Of a stretch of 64,000 nucleotides of DNA, positions 10,434-19,758 are shown in pieces. Source of the stretch: Chlorobiota bacterium. GTDB taxonomy: Bacteria; Bacteroidota; Ignavibacteria; OLB7. The stretch is from positions 1,883,788 through 1,947,787 of the forward strand of contig CP065014.1 of assembly GCA_016700335.1 (NCBI GenBank), read 5' to 3'. The translations under genes and the position numbers were made by a program. The stretch's first letter is position 1. Each line of letters starts with the position of its first letter. The notes beneath the pieces were generated by a model that was given only the letters and a program-made list of their open reading frames with translations, did no database searches and was not told where the DNA came from.

Positions 10434-13296
10434 TAAAAACCAAAAAAGACCTCAAAGAAAAGAAAATCAATTCTCTTTAAGGTCTTTTTCTTATTTCTAT
10501 CCCTTTAATCTACTTCACTACTGTCATCATCTTTGTCTCTGTCCATACTCCCGACTTTATTGTGTAGTAATAATTTCCACTCGGTAAATTTCCTACATCT
10601 ACTGTTAACTCATAATTCCCTGCCTTTTGATCCTCCGATACCAATCTCTGTATCTCTTTTCCCTCCATATTCTGTAACACTATCTCTGTTCTTCCTTCTA
10701 ATCCTATACTGTACTTTATCTTTGTACTAGGATTAAATGGATTTGGGACATTTTGGCTCAGTGTATATGTTCCATTTATTAACTCTATTGCTCGTAAACT
10801 TAACCCACATATTGGATATATATCTATCTTTGTTGTTGATGGATTTATTGTTGTACAACCTTGATTTGTTATGATCTTTACATCTATTTCACGCTCTAAC
10901 TTCTCCGTTAATTGTACATCCATATTGAACTTTAACAACTCTCCTGATGTGGTAAATCCTCCAGGATTCTGTACATCTATTACATAGATGCCTGCTTTGC
11001 TTAAGTTATTCTTTGTATACGATACGCCTGCTCCTCCTATCTGGATACTTGACTCATCTATACTCAACTGTACTGGATCATAATTTATTGTTAACTGTAT
11101 GCTCTTTAAATCCACTAAATTACTAAACCCACCTAACAACGATACTACACAGCCTAACTTCCCGCCTATCTCTCCCTTATTATCCCTTGTGCCTGTTAAC
11201 ACTACTCCACTACTTATTGTCTCTGCATAACTGCTTCCACTTATATCTAATAACATTGGGCTCGTTGGTGTGCCTGCATCATGAGTTACTTCTAGTTTCC
11301 CTACTTCCTTACCTGTTTTGCTTGGACTATACTTTATCCCTATCTGTCGCTTCTCGCCTGGCTTTAATGTGAAACTTGTTACTCCACTTACCAAACTGAA
11401 ATCTCCTGATAAACCTATCAACTTTAACCCTAATACCTTCACATCCTTCTGACCACTATTGCTTACCTCTGCATTTAATATCGTATCCTTTGGTGCACAT
11501 ATATTATCCGCATTCGCTCCTTTCCCAACTATACTCGTTGATAATGAAAATCCATTCCCTGACCACTTTGATGTTGTATCTACTCCATCTAATGTTATTG
11601 CTTTCATTCTTGCTACTCTTTGTCCTACCGCTTTCGCTATGAATGATCCTTTCATTGTATAGGTCGTATTCCCTGGCTTTAATACTATTGGGGTTGCTAA
11701 CTTTACATTTACCACACTCTCACTTGAGCTGTAATCGTTCTCTGGGGTTTGATTACTAAACTCCCACTCTGTTATTGTTACTGAATCTAAATACTGTCCT
11801 ACTGCTTGAAATTCTACATCTCTGATTGTACTTACTGTTGTCCCTACTTCCATTGTTCCATAATCATAATCTTGGGTTATCAACCCTGGACGGGTGCCAA
11901 ATCCATCTAATGTTGATTTTACTCCACTTGGTCCTTGTACCACATTGTAGTTCATCACCATCTGTCTCCCTGCTGTTGTTGTTGGATTAAACTCTACATC
12001 TAAACCTACTGAATCATTCGCTGATATATTTAAATCTGACAATGCATCTAATGTTGTTTGGGGTAATCTGAAATCATTTATATCTCCAGTACTTGCCAAC
12101 AACCCTCTTATTATCGCTGGGGCTGTTCCATAATTCTTTAACATCACTTTTCCTGTATACCATCCTGTCCCTACTCGCTTCCTTCCCCAATCATAATTTG
12201 TTGCTATCAATTGTGGTTGTATTCCCTTTCCTTGCAATATCCCCAAACTATCTACACCTGTTGCATTACTGCTGAATACTATTGTATCTAAATAACTTGC
12301 TACACTTCCTGGACTAAATGTTATTCTTAACGTCTTTGATTCTCCTGGGGCTAAATCAAATGGAAATGCCAACATTCCATCTACTAATTTAAACTCTAGC
12401 TTCTTTGGTCCTTTTGCTCCTGTTACCGTTAGTATCGCATCACTTAATGCTGGATCTATTGGATTTGATACTTCTATTGTATATGCTGGACTTGTTGTAT
12501 TTACTATCAATGTTCCAAAGTCTTTATCTGTTACATTTATCAATGGGGCTCCTACTTTTGCTTTTATCAATGATATGTATTTCTTATTACATTCATTCTC
12601 TATGCCTACTGAATCCTCATACTTCCCATTTGTTGTTGATGTGAATTCTATTTGAGCTACTATGCTTGAGCCTGGATCACCCGCTTTTGATAACGTAAAA
12701 CCGCCTATTGGGCTTAGTATCTTAAATCCTGGCGTATTCCTTTGTAGTTGGATATTCTTTAACTTTACTTCTCGTTCTGCTAAGTTTGTTATTGTTAATT
12801 TCTTTACTACTTTTACGCCTGGAAATAATGTGCCAAAGTTTACTGGGGATGGCGTTATTGTTACATTGAATGCATTATACTGTATTGTATCTATTGTATA
12901 ATTCCCTGCTTGGTCTGATATTATAACTACTGCTTGGGCATTCTGACTTAAATCTATTACTTTCAATGAATACTTTACTTCCCTATCCGTGCCTGGTATG
13001 AAATCTGCTACTGTTATACTATAATTATATGTTGCATCTGGATCTAAATCTATTGTTGATATATTGCTCCTTATTTTACTGTCATCTGGTAAATCTGTTG
13101 TGGTTGCTTCATAGTTTCCAAAACAATCAATTGTATCTTTTATTACTGGTGCATCCTTATCTGGTCTTGACAAATCTCCTACAGCAACTGATAATGGATA
13201 TCCATAACTATCAAAACTTCCAAATCCATATATATATCCTGCAAATGGCTTAGGACCTCTTACTCTGTATGTTCCTGGATTTATTGCTATTGTTTT
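10434..13296. repeat. Copy A of a near-identical 2.86-kb direct repeat (3' UTR/terminator plus 3' two-thirds of the T9SS paralog gene)
   Basis: Matches 14782-17644 at a constant offset of 4348 bp. I found only three substitutions (12817, 13069, 13129). The ORF-track proteins are identical from AINPGTYRVRGPKPF to the C-terminus. Confidence 0.95.
10437..10487 (-). terminator. Rho-independent terminator of T9SS paralog A
   Basis: On the minus strand: AGACCTTAAAG...CTTTGAGGTCT (11-bp stem, one G-U pair) followed by TTTTTT. Lies about 25 nt after the stop at 10510. Duplicated at 14785-14835. Confidence 0.75.
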
Positions 13297-14598
13297 CCCA
13301 ATGTATGTTACCCCATTTATTTTAGTTGGGAACTTTTTAACATCAAATCCAAATTTGCTTGGGAAAGACTCCCATTTATCTGTACCGCCTTGAGCTATTT
13401 CAATGTCATTATAACCAGCAGAATCACATACAAAATTTACATAATTTTTTGGGAAATCAGCTGATGGAGTAGTAAATATTAATTGATTTTGATATTGCTC
13501 AACAGGAGTAAGAACTAACATAAAAGGATCACTTTCTACTCCATCCCAGTTTTGAGAATTATTATATTGAGCTATATAAATAGGTTTATCCCCAGTAAAT
13601 TCTATTAACTCCCTTTTATTATGCAAATAATTAAACCAGCCTTCTCCTTCTTTACCACCTTTTTTAGGTAATTTACCCCAAACAGTACCATTTATTGATA
13701 CTGTTGTGTTATCTTCACCAGCAAAAATTCTATACATATCGGTCTTGATTCTTGTAGCAAATGGAATTGAATGATATAATTTACCCCACGCTGAAACTGG
13801 CAACATCATTTCTTCAATGTGATCACAAGCTGCAAACCGTGCATCAGGTAAATATGTACAATTTTGACCACTCATAACCGCAACAGGCTTACTACTCTGA
13901 ATTAAAGTACCTGTTAAATCTGCCAAAGTAACATCAGATAAAGCCCCAAATACGTCACCTTTATTCATTGAAATATTAAAAGGACCTTTAGAACCACTAT
14001 AATTTGGTAATTTTTGATCTGAAGGTAATGTAATCAAAACATCTGTTTCATCATAAGGAGAAACAATAACAAATTCAGAAGGTAATCTTTGAGTTGTTCC
14101 AATTTCAGCAGCAGATGCAACAAGATATTCTTTACCTAATCCATTTGTTGGAAGAATTAACATACCATCACTTGTAAAAGAAGTTCTGTTCATTCCATAA
14201 ACTACTATTGGTGCAACTGATTCAACATGAATTGCTTTATTTGGATAAACTTCAGCGTTCGGAATAGGAGAATTATCATCCCTTACTGTTCCATATTGAG
14301 CATCTACATTTGAAAGGTCATAAGTTATAATATCATATGGAACTGTAAATAAAGATTTTAATATCTTAGAAGTCCCAATAGAAATAGTAACTTTGGTTCT
14401 AGTACCTGCTGTAATGTACAATCTACAATATTTAATGGTTGCTCCAAATTCCCAATTATGTGGAAATGAAAACCAATAATCTTTGCCAGAATTACTTGGT
14501 CCGAAAGGGATTGATGGTAAGTTCTTACCCCCTTGAGAGAATATAGTTCCATTAAGCAACAAGATAGTTAAAGATACAAAAAGTAATAATTTTTTCAT
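10510..14598 (-). CDS. Giant secreted T9SS-cargo protein, paralog A: IgGFc-binding-N-terminal-like domain, multiple Ig-like (choice-of-anchor-D/PapD-like) repeats, cohesin-like region and T9SS sorting domain
   Basis: Signal peptide MKKLLLFVSLTILLLNGTIFSQ. N-terminal region GKDYWFSFPHNWE...YGYPLSVAVGDL. Repeated units of the form 'FG.l..G......T.tN.g...v.i' (e.g. VNFGTLFPGVKVVKKLTITNLAEREVKLKNIQL). LVDLKSIQLTINYDPVQLSID is cohesin-like. The C-terminus LSQNVPNPFNPSTKIKYSI...LPSGNYYYTIKSG...MMTVVK is a classic T9SS type-A CTD. Confidence 0.85.
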   Translation of the reverse strand: MKKLLLFVSLTILLLNGTIFSQGGKNLPSIPFGPSNSGKDYWFSFPHNWEFGATIKYCRLYITAGTRTKVTISIGTSKILKSLFTVPYDIITYDLSNVDAQYGTVRDDNSPIPNAEVYPNKAIHVESVAPIVVYGMNRTSFTSDGMLILPTNGLGKEYLVASAAEIGTTQRLPSEFVIVSPYDETDVLITLPSDQKLPNYSGSKGPFNISMNKGDVFGALSDVTLADLTGTLIQSSKPVAVMSGQNCTYLPDARFAACDHIEEMMLPVSAWGKLYHSIPFATRIKTDMYRIFAGEDNTTVSINGTVWGKLPKKGGKEGEGWFNYLHNKRELIEFTGDKPIYIAQYNNSQNWDGVESDPFMLVLTPVEQYQNQLIFTTPSADFPKNYVNFVCDSAGYNDIEIAQGGTDKWESFPSKFGFDVKKFPTKINGVTYIGKTIAINPGTYRVRGPKPFAGYIYGFGSFDSYGYPLSVAVGDLSRPDKDAPVIKDTIDCFGNYEATTTDLPDDSKIRSNISTIDLDPDATYNYSITVADFIPGTDREVKYSLKVIDLSQNAQAVVIISDQAGNYTIDTIQYNAFNVTITPSPVNFGTLFPGVKVVKKLTITNLAEREVKLKNIQLQRNTPGFKILSPIGGFTLSKAGDPGSSIVAQIEFTSTTNGKYEDSVGIENECNKKYISLIKAKVGAPLINVTDKDFGTLIVNTTSPAYTIEVSNPIDPALSDAILTVTGAKGPKKLEFKLVDGMLAFPFDLAPGESKTLRITFSPGSVASYLDTIVFSSNATGVDSLGILQGKGIQPQLIATNYDWGRKRVGTGWYTGKVMLKNYGTAPAIIRGLLASTGDINDFRLPQTTLDALSDLNISANDSVGLDVEFNPTTTAGRQMVMNYNVVQGPSGVKSTLDGFGTRPGLITQDYDYGTMEVGTTVSTIRDVEFQAVGQYLDSVTITEWEFSNQTPENDYSSSESVVNVKLATPIVLKPGNTTYTMKGSFIAKAVGQRVARMKAITLDGVDTTSKWSGNGFSLSTSIVGKGANADNICAPKDTILNAEVSNSGQKDVKVLGLKLIGLSGDFSLVSGVTSFTLKPGEKRQIGIKYSPSKTGKEVGKLEVTHDAGTPTSPMLLDISGSSYAETISSGVVLTGTRDNKGEIGGKLGCVVSLLGGFSNLVDLKSIQLTINYDPVQLSIDESSIQIGGAGVSYTKNNLSKAGIYVIDVQNPGGFTTSGELLKFNMDVQLTEKLEREIDVKIITNQGCTTINPSTTKIDIYPICGLSLRAIELINGTYTLSQNVPNPFNPSTKIKYSIGLEGRTEIVLQNMEGKEIQRLVSEDQKAGNYELTVDVGNLPSGNYYYTIKSGVWTETKMMTVVK

Positions 14599-14781
14599 AA
14601 TGAAAATTAATTATATTTATAAATAAAGAGATTAAAATTTAAGATTATTTCTAAATTGATTTTTAATAAAACAAACGATTTTTTTACATATTAATAGAAT
14701 TCAAACATATAAAATATAAATGAATTAAAATTAAATTTTATTGGTAAATAAATAACAATCTCAATCTCAAATTATTACATT

Positions 14782-17644
14782 AAAAAACCAAAAAAGACCT
14801 CAAAGAAAAGAAAATCAATTCTCTTTAAGGTCTTTTTCTTATTTCTATCCCTTTAATCTACTTCACTACTGTCATCATCTTTGTCTCTGTCCATACTCCC
14901 GACTTTATTGTGTAGTAATAATTTCCACTCGGTAAATTTCCTACATCTACTGTTAACTCATAATTCCCTGCCTTTTGATCCTCCGATACCAATCTCTGTA
15001 TCTCTTTTCCCTCCATATTCTGTAACACTATCTCTGTTCTTCCTTCTAATCCTATACTGTACTTTATCTTTGTACTAGGATTAAATGGATTTGGGACATT
15101 TTGGCTCAGTGTATATGTTCCATTTATTAACTCTATTGCTCGTAAACTTAACCCACATATTGGATATATATCTATCTTTGTTGTTGATGGATTTATTGTT
15201 GTACAACCTTGATTTGTTATGATCTTTACATCTATTTCACGCTCTAACTTCTCCGTTAATTGTACATCCATATTGAACTTTAACAACTCTCCTGATGTGG
15301 TAAATCCTCCAGGATTCTGTACATCTATTACATAGATGCCTGCTTTGCTTAAGTTATTCTTTGTATACGATACGCCTGCTCCTCCTATCTGGATACTTGA
15401 CTCATCTATACTCAACTGTACTGGATCATAATTTATTGTTAACTGTATGCTCTTTAAATCCACTAAATTACTAAACCCACCTAACAACGATACTACACAG
15501 CCTAACTTCCCGCCTATCTCTCCCTTATTATCCCTTGTGCCTGTTAACACTACTCCACTACTTATTGTCTCTGCATAACTGCTTCCACTTATATCTAATA
15601 ACATTGGGCTCGTTGGTGTGCCTGCATCATGAGTTACTTCTAGTTTCCCTACTTCCTTACCTGTTTTGCTTGGACTATACTTTATCCCTATCTGTCGCTT
15701 CTCGCCTGGCTTTAATGTGAAACTTGTTACTCCACTTACCAAACTGAAATCTCCTGATAAACCTATCAACTTTAACCCTAATACCTTCACATCCTTCTGA
15801 CCACTATTGCTTACCTCTGCATTTAATATCGTATCCTTTGGTGCACATATATTATCCGCATTCGCTCCTTTCCCAACTATACTCGTTGATAATGAAAATC
15901 CATTCCCTGACCACTTTGATGTTGTATCTACTCCATCTAATGTTATTGCTTTCATTCTTGCTACTCTTTGTCCTACCGCTTTCGCTATGAATGATCCTTT
16001 CATTGTATAGGTCGTATTCCCTGGCTTTAATACTATTGGGGTTGCTAACTTTACATTTACCACACTCTCACTTGAGCTGTAATCGTTCTCTGGGGTTTGA
16101 TTACTAAACTCCCACTCTGTTATTGTTACTGAATCTAAATACTGTCCTACTGCTTGAAATTCTACATCTCTGATTGTACTTACTGTTGTCCCTACTTCCA
16201 TTGTTCCATAATCATAATCTTGGGTTATCAACCCTGGACGGGTGCCAAATCCATCTAATGTTGATTTTACTCCACTTGGTCCTTGTACCACATTGTAGTT
16301 CATCACCATCTGTCTCCCTGCTGTTGTTGTTGGATTAAACTCTACATCTAAACCTACTGAATCATTCGCTGATATATTTAAATCTGACAATGCATCTAAT
16401 GTTGTTTGGGGTAATCTGAAATCATTTATATCTCCAGTACTTGCCAACAACCCTCTTATTATCGCTGGGGCTGTTCCATAATTCTTTAACATCACTTTTC
16501 CTGTATACCATCCTGTCCCTACTCGCTTCCTTCCCCAATCATAATTTGTTGCTATCAATTGTGGTTGTATTCCCTTTCCTTGCAATATCCCCAAACTATC
16601 TACACCTGTTGCATTACTGCTGAATACTATTGTATCTAAATAACTTGCTACACTTCCTGGACTAAATGTTATTCTTAACGTCTTTGATTCTCCTGGGGCT
16701 AAATCAAATGGAAATGCCAACATTCCATCTACTAATTTAAACTCTAGCTTCTTTGGTCCTTTTGCTCCTGTTACCGTTAGTATCGCATCACTTAATGCTG
16801 GATCTATTGGATTTGATACTTCTATTGTATATGCTGGACTTGTTGTATTTACTATCAATGTTCCAAAGTCTTTATCTGTTACATTTATCAATGGGGCTCC
16901 TACTTTTGCTTTTATCAATGATATGTATTTCTTATTACATTCATTCTCTATGCCTACTGAATCCTCATACTTCCCATTTGTTGTTGATGTGAATTCTATT
17001 TGAGCTACTATGCTTGAGCCTGGATCACCCGCTTTTGATAACGTAAAACCGCCTATTGGGCTTAGTATCTTAAATCCTGGCGTATTCCTTTGTAGTTGGA
17101 TATTCTTTAACTTTACTTCTCGTTCTGCTAAGTTTGTTATTGTTAATTTCTTTACTACTTTTACACCTGGAAATAATGTGCCAAAGTTTACTGGGGATGG
17201 CGTTATTGTTACATTGAATGCATTATACTGTATTGTATCTATTGTATAATTCCCTGCTTGGTCTGATATTATAACTACTGCTTGGGCATTCTGACTTAAA
17301 TCTATTACTTTCAATGAATACTTTACTTCCCTATCCGTGCCTGGTATGAAATCTGCTACTGTTATACTATAATTATATGTTGCATCTGGATCTAAATCTA
17401 TTGTTGATATATTGCTTCTTATTTTACTGTCATCTGGTAAATCTGTTGTGGTTGCTTCATAGTTTCCAAAACAATCGATTGTATCTTTTATTACTGGTGC
17501 ATCCTTATCTGGTCTTGACAAATCTCCTACAGCAACTGATAATGGATATCCATAACTATCAAAACTTCCAAATCCATATATATATCCTGCAAATGGCTTA
17601 GGACCTCTTACTCTGTATGTTCCTGGATTTATTGCTATTGTTTT
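14782..17644. repeat. Copy B of the near-identical 2.86-kb direct repeat
   Basis: See copy A; the offset is 4348 bp. Confidence 0.95.
14785..14835 (-). terminator. Rho-independent terminator of T9SS paralog B
   Basis: Sequence identical to the terminator at 10437-10487. Confidence 0.75.
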
Positions 17645-18952
17645 AGCAATGTAAGTAACCCCATTTATTTTAGTTGGAAATCTTTTGAAATCAAATCCAA
17701 ATTTGCTTGGGAAAGACTCCCATTTATCTGTACCGCCTTGAGCTATTTCAATGTCATTATAACCAGCAGAATCACATACAAAATTTACAAAATTTGCTGG
17801 ATAATCAGCTGATGGGGTAGTGAATAACAATTGAGTTTGATATTGCTCAACAGGAGTAAGAACTAACATAAAAGGATCGCTTTCTACTCCATCCCAGTTC
17901 TGAGAATTGTTAATCTGTTGTACATAAATAGGTTTATCTCCAGTAAATTCTATTAATTCTCTTTTATCATGTAAATAACTAAACCAACCTTCACCTTCAT
18001 TCCCACCTTTTTTATTTAAAGTACCCCATTCAGTACCATTTATAAATATTTTAGTATTATCAGCACCAGCAAAAACTCTATAAAGATCTGTTTTTCTTCT
18101 TGTTGCGAAAGGAATTGAATGATATATTTTACCCCAAGCGGTAACTGGTAACATCATTTCTTCAATATGATCACAAGCTGAGTATCTTGGGTCAGGTAAC
18201 CAAGGGCATAAACATCCAGAACAAACTGATATTGGTTTATTAGCAATTATTTTAGTTCCAGAAAAATCTGCATATTGATCAATAGATTGACAAGAAAATC
18301 CATCTCCTTTATTCATTGTAATATTAAAAGGACCATTTTTTCCATTATGATTAGGAGATCTTTGTCCAGAAGGTAATTCAATAGTAATTTCTGTATCATC
18401 AAATGGAGATGATATAACGAATTGAGATGGGAATTTTCCAGCAAAAGCAGATCCCTGTAAATTATCTGGTCCGGCTGCAATAATATATTCTTTTCCGATA
18501 GCATTTGTTGGTAATAACAACATACCATCACTTGTAAACGAAGTTCTGTTCATTCCATAAACTACAATTGGTGCATCAGCTTTTACATAAACAGCTTTAC
18601 CTGGATAAACTTGATCGTCACTTACTGGATCAGTAGTTGAAAATGGAAACATCTGTGCATCTATTGTAGATAAATCATAAGTAACAATATCAAATGGTAC
18701 AGTATAAATTGTTTTCTTATTTTTAGAGCCAATTGCAATTGTTACTTTGGTTCTAACTCCAGCAGTAATATATAACCTACAATACTTAATTGAAGCACCA
18801 TATTCATAATTTGCAGGAAAATTAAAATAATATTCTTTTCCAGAATTTGAAGGTCCGAATGGAATATTTGGTAATGGCTTACCATTTTGAGCAAATGAAA
18901 AACTTAATACAATTAGAAAATTAATTGTAAATAGTAGTAGATTTCTGTACAT
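14858..18952 (-). CDS. Giant secreted T9SS-cargo protein, paralog B (same architecture as paralog A)
   Basis: Signal peptide MYRNLLLFTINFLIVLSFSFAQ. The N-terminal ~437 aa are homologous to paralog A but diverged, with indels. The remaining ~927 aa are identical to A. Confidence 0.85.
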   Translation of the reverse strand: MYRNLLLFTINFLIVLSFSFAQNGKPLPNIPFGPSNSGKEYYFNFPANYEYGASIKYCRLYITAGVRTKVTIAIGSKNKKTIYTVPFDIVTYDLSTIDAQMFPFSTTDPVSDDQVYPGKAVYVKADAPIVVYGMNRTSFTSDGMLLLPTNAIGKEYIIAAGPDNLQGSAFAGKFPSQFVISSPFDDTEITIELPSGQRSPNHNGKNGPFNITMNKGDGFSCQSIDQYADFSGTKIIANKPISVCSGCLCPWLPDPRYSACDHIEEMMLPVTAWGKIYHSIPFATRRKTDLYRVFAGADNTKIFINGTEWGTLNKKGGNEGEGWFSYLHDKRELIEFTGDKPIYVQQINNSQNWDGVESDPFMLVLTPVEQYQTQLLFTTPSADYPANFVNFVCDSAGYNDIEIAQGGTDKWESFPSKFGFDFKRFPTKINGVTYIAKTIAINPGTYRVRGPKPFAGYIYGFGSFDSYGYPLSVAVGDLSRPDKDAPVIKDTIDCFGNYEATTTDLPDDSKIRSNISTIDLDPDATYNYSITVADFIPGTDREVKYSLKVIDLSQNAQAVVIISDQAGNYTIDTIQYNAFNVTITPSPVNFGTLFPGVKVVKKLTITNLAEREVKLKNIQLQRNTPGFKILSPIGGFTLSKAGDPGSSIVAQIEFTSTTNGKYEDSVGIENECNKKYISLIKAKVGAPLINVTDKDFGTLIVNTTSPAYTIEVSNPIDPALSDAILTVTGAKGPKKLEFKLVDGMLAFPFDLAPGESKTLRITFSPGSVASYLDTIVFSSNATGVDSLGILQGKGIQPQLIATNYDWGRKRVGTGWYTGKVMLKNYGTAPAIIRGLLASTGDINDFRLPQTTLDALSDLNISANDSVGLDVEFNPTTTAGRQMVMNYNVVQGPSGVKSTLDGFGTRPGLITQDYDYGTMEVGTTVSTIRDVEFQAVGQYLDSVTITEWEFSNQTPENDYSSSESVVNVKLATPIVLKPGNTTYTMKGSFIAKAVGQRVARMKAITLDGVDTTSKWSGNGFSLSTSIVGKGANADNICAPKDTILNAEVSNSGQKDVKVLGLKLIGLSGDFSLVSGVTSFTLKPGEKRQIGIKYSPSKTGKEVGKLEVTHDAGTPTSPMLLDISGSSYAETISSGVVLTGTRDNKGEIGGKLGCVVSLLGGFSNLVDLKSIQLTINYDPVQLSIDESSIQIGGAGVSYTKNNLSKAGIYVIDVQNPGGFTTSGELLKFNMDVQLTEKLEREIDVKIITNQGCTTINPSTTKIDIYPICGLSLRAIELINGTYTLSQNVPNPFNPSTKIKYSIGLEGRTEIVLQNMEGKEIQRLVSEDQKAGNYELTVDVGNLPSGNYYYTIKSGVWTETKMMTVVK

Positions 18953-19124
18953 TAATATTAGATTTTGTTTAAATGATATGCTTAACTTTTTATTATTTAA
19001 GGTTACTAATAAAATCTAACTAGATTTAAATTAGAAACAATTATATTTTATTAAAAAATATTCATAATAGAATTTTTAAAGACACTCAAAACTATACAAA
19101 AGATTCAAATAATTAAATTAAAAT

Positions 19125-19739
19125 ATGATATACATAACTATTCTGTTTAGTCTTAACTTGTTAAATTCTATAGAGTTTAAAACTGATGTAACTCAATTTG
19201 TAAATAAAACCAAACAATTTTATTCTAGTGTTAATACAGCGGAAATTTCTTTTGAACAAACAAGTGCTAATTCTGATAAAATCAGAGGTAAAATGTATTA
19301 TTCTAAAGGTAATAAATACAACATCTGGTATGGGGATAAAACAATAATCTGCAATGGTGTAAAAGTATGGAATATTAATTCTAAATTAAGTCAAGTAATT
19401 ATAACAAAGGCAATTACAAAAAGAAAATCTATCTTACCAAGTGATATTTTTACATCATTTCCTGGAGATTACAATTCAGAATATGTTTCCGAAAATAAAG
19501 GGTCTATGATAATTAAATGTACACCACAAAATATAAGTAAAACAATTTCTGATATTAGTTCAGCAGTCTTGCATATCAATAAAAAAGATAATACTTTTCA
19601 AAGACTAATTTTAAATAATGATTCTTTTGGTGAGATTAATATTAAAATCCTAAGTTCAAAGTATAATACTATTATAAATCCAAATAAATTTTCATATAAC
19701 CCATCACCTAACGTTAAAATTATTGATTTAACTAAATAG
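19125..19739 (+). CDS. LolA-like outer-membrane lipoprotein carrier family protein
   Basis: FEQTSANSDKIRGKMYYSKGNKYNIWYGDKTIICNGVKVWNINSKLSQVII matches the LolA-family pattern; size is about 200 aa. Confidence 0.55.
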   Translation: MIYITILFSLNLLNSIEFKTDVTQFVNKTKQFYSSVNTAEISFEQTSANSDKIRGKMYYSKGNKYNIWYGDKTIICNGVKVWNINSKLSQVIITKAITKRKSILPSDIFTSFPGDYNSEYVSENKGSMIIKCTPQNISKTISDISSAVLHINKKDNTFQRLILNNDSFGEINIKILSSKYNTIINPNKFSYNPSPNVKIIDLTK

Positions 19740-19758
19740 TTTTAATTCCATTTTATTT

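Noticed and set aside
10533-13253. Seven plus-strand ORFs of 60-79 aa (10533-10730, 11187-11372, 11459-11662, 12093-12275, 12405-12644, 12662-12901, 13029-13253), with exact duplicates at 14881-17601
   Set aside because: They are antisense to the giant T9SS genes and are Leu/Ser/Phe-rich and low-complexity. They exist only because the coding strand avoids pyrimidine-ending codons, which leaves few stops on the complement. Their duplication simply reflects the 2.86-kb repeat.
14358-14552. Same-strand alternative-frame ORFs inside the T9SS genes (14358-14552 and 18313-18531)
   Set aside because: They are fully nested in much longer ORFs with strong domain evidence. No independent signals support them.
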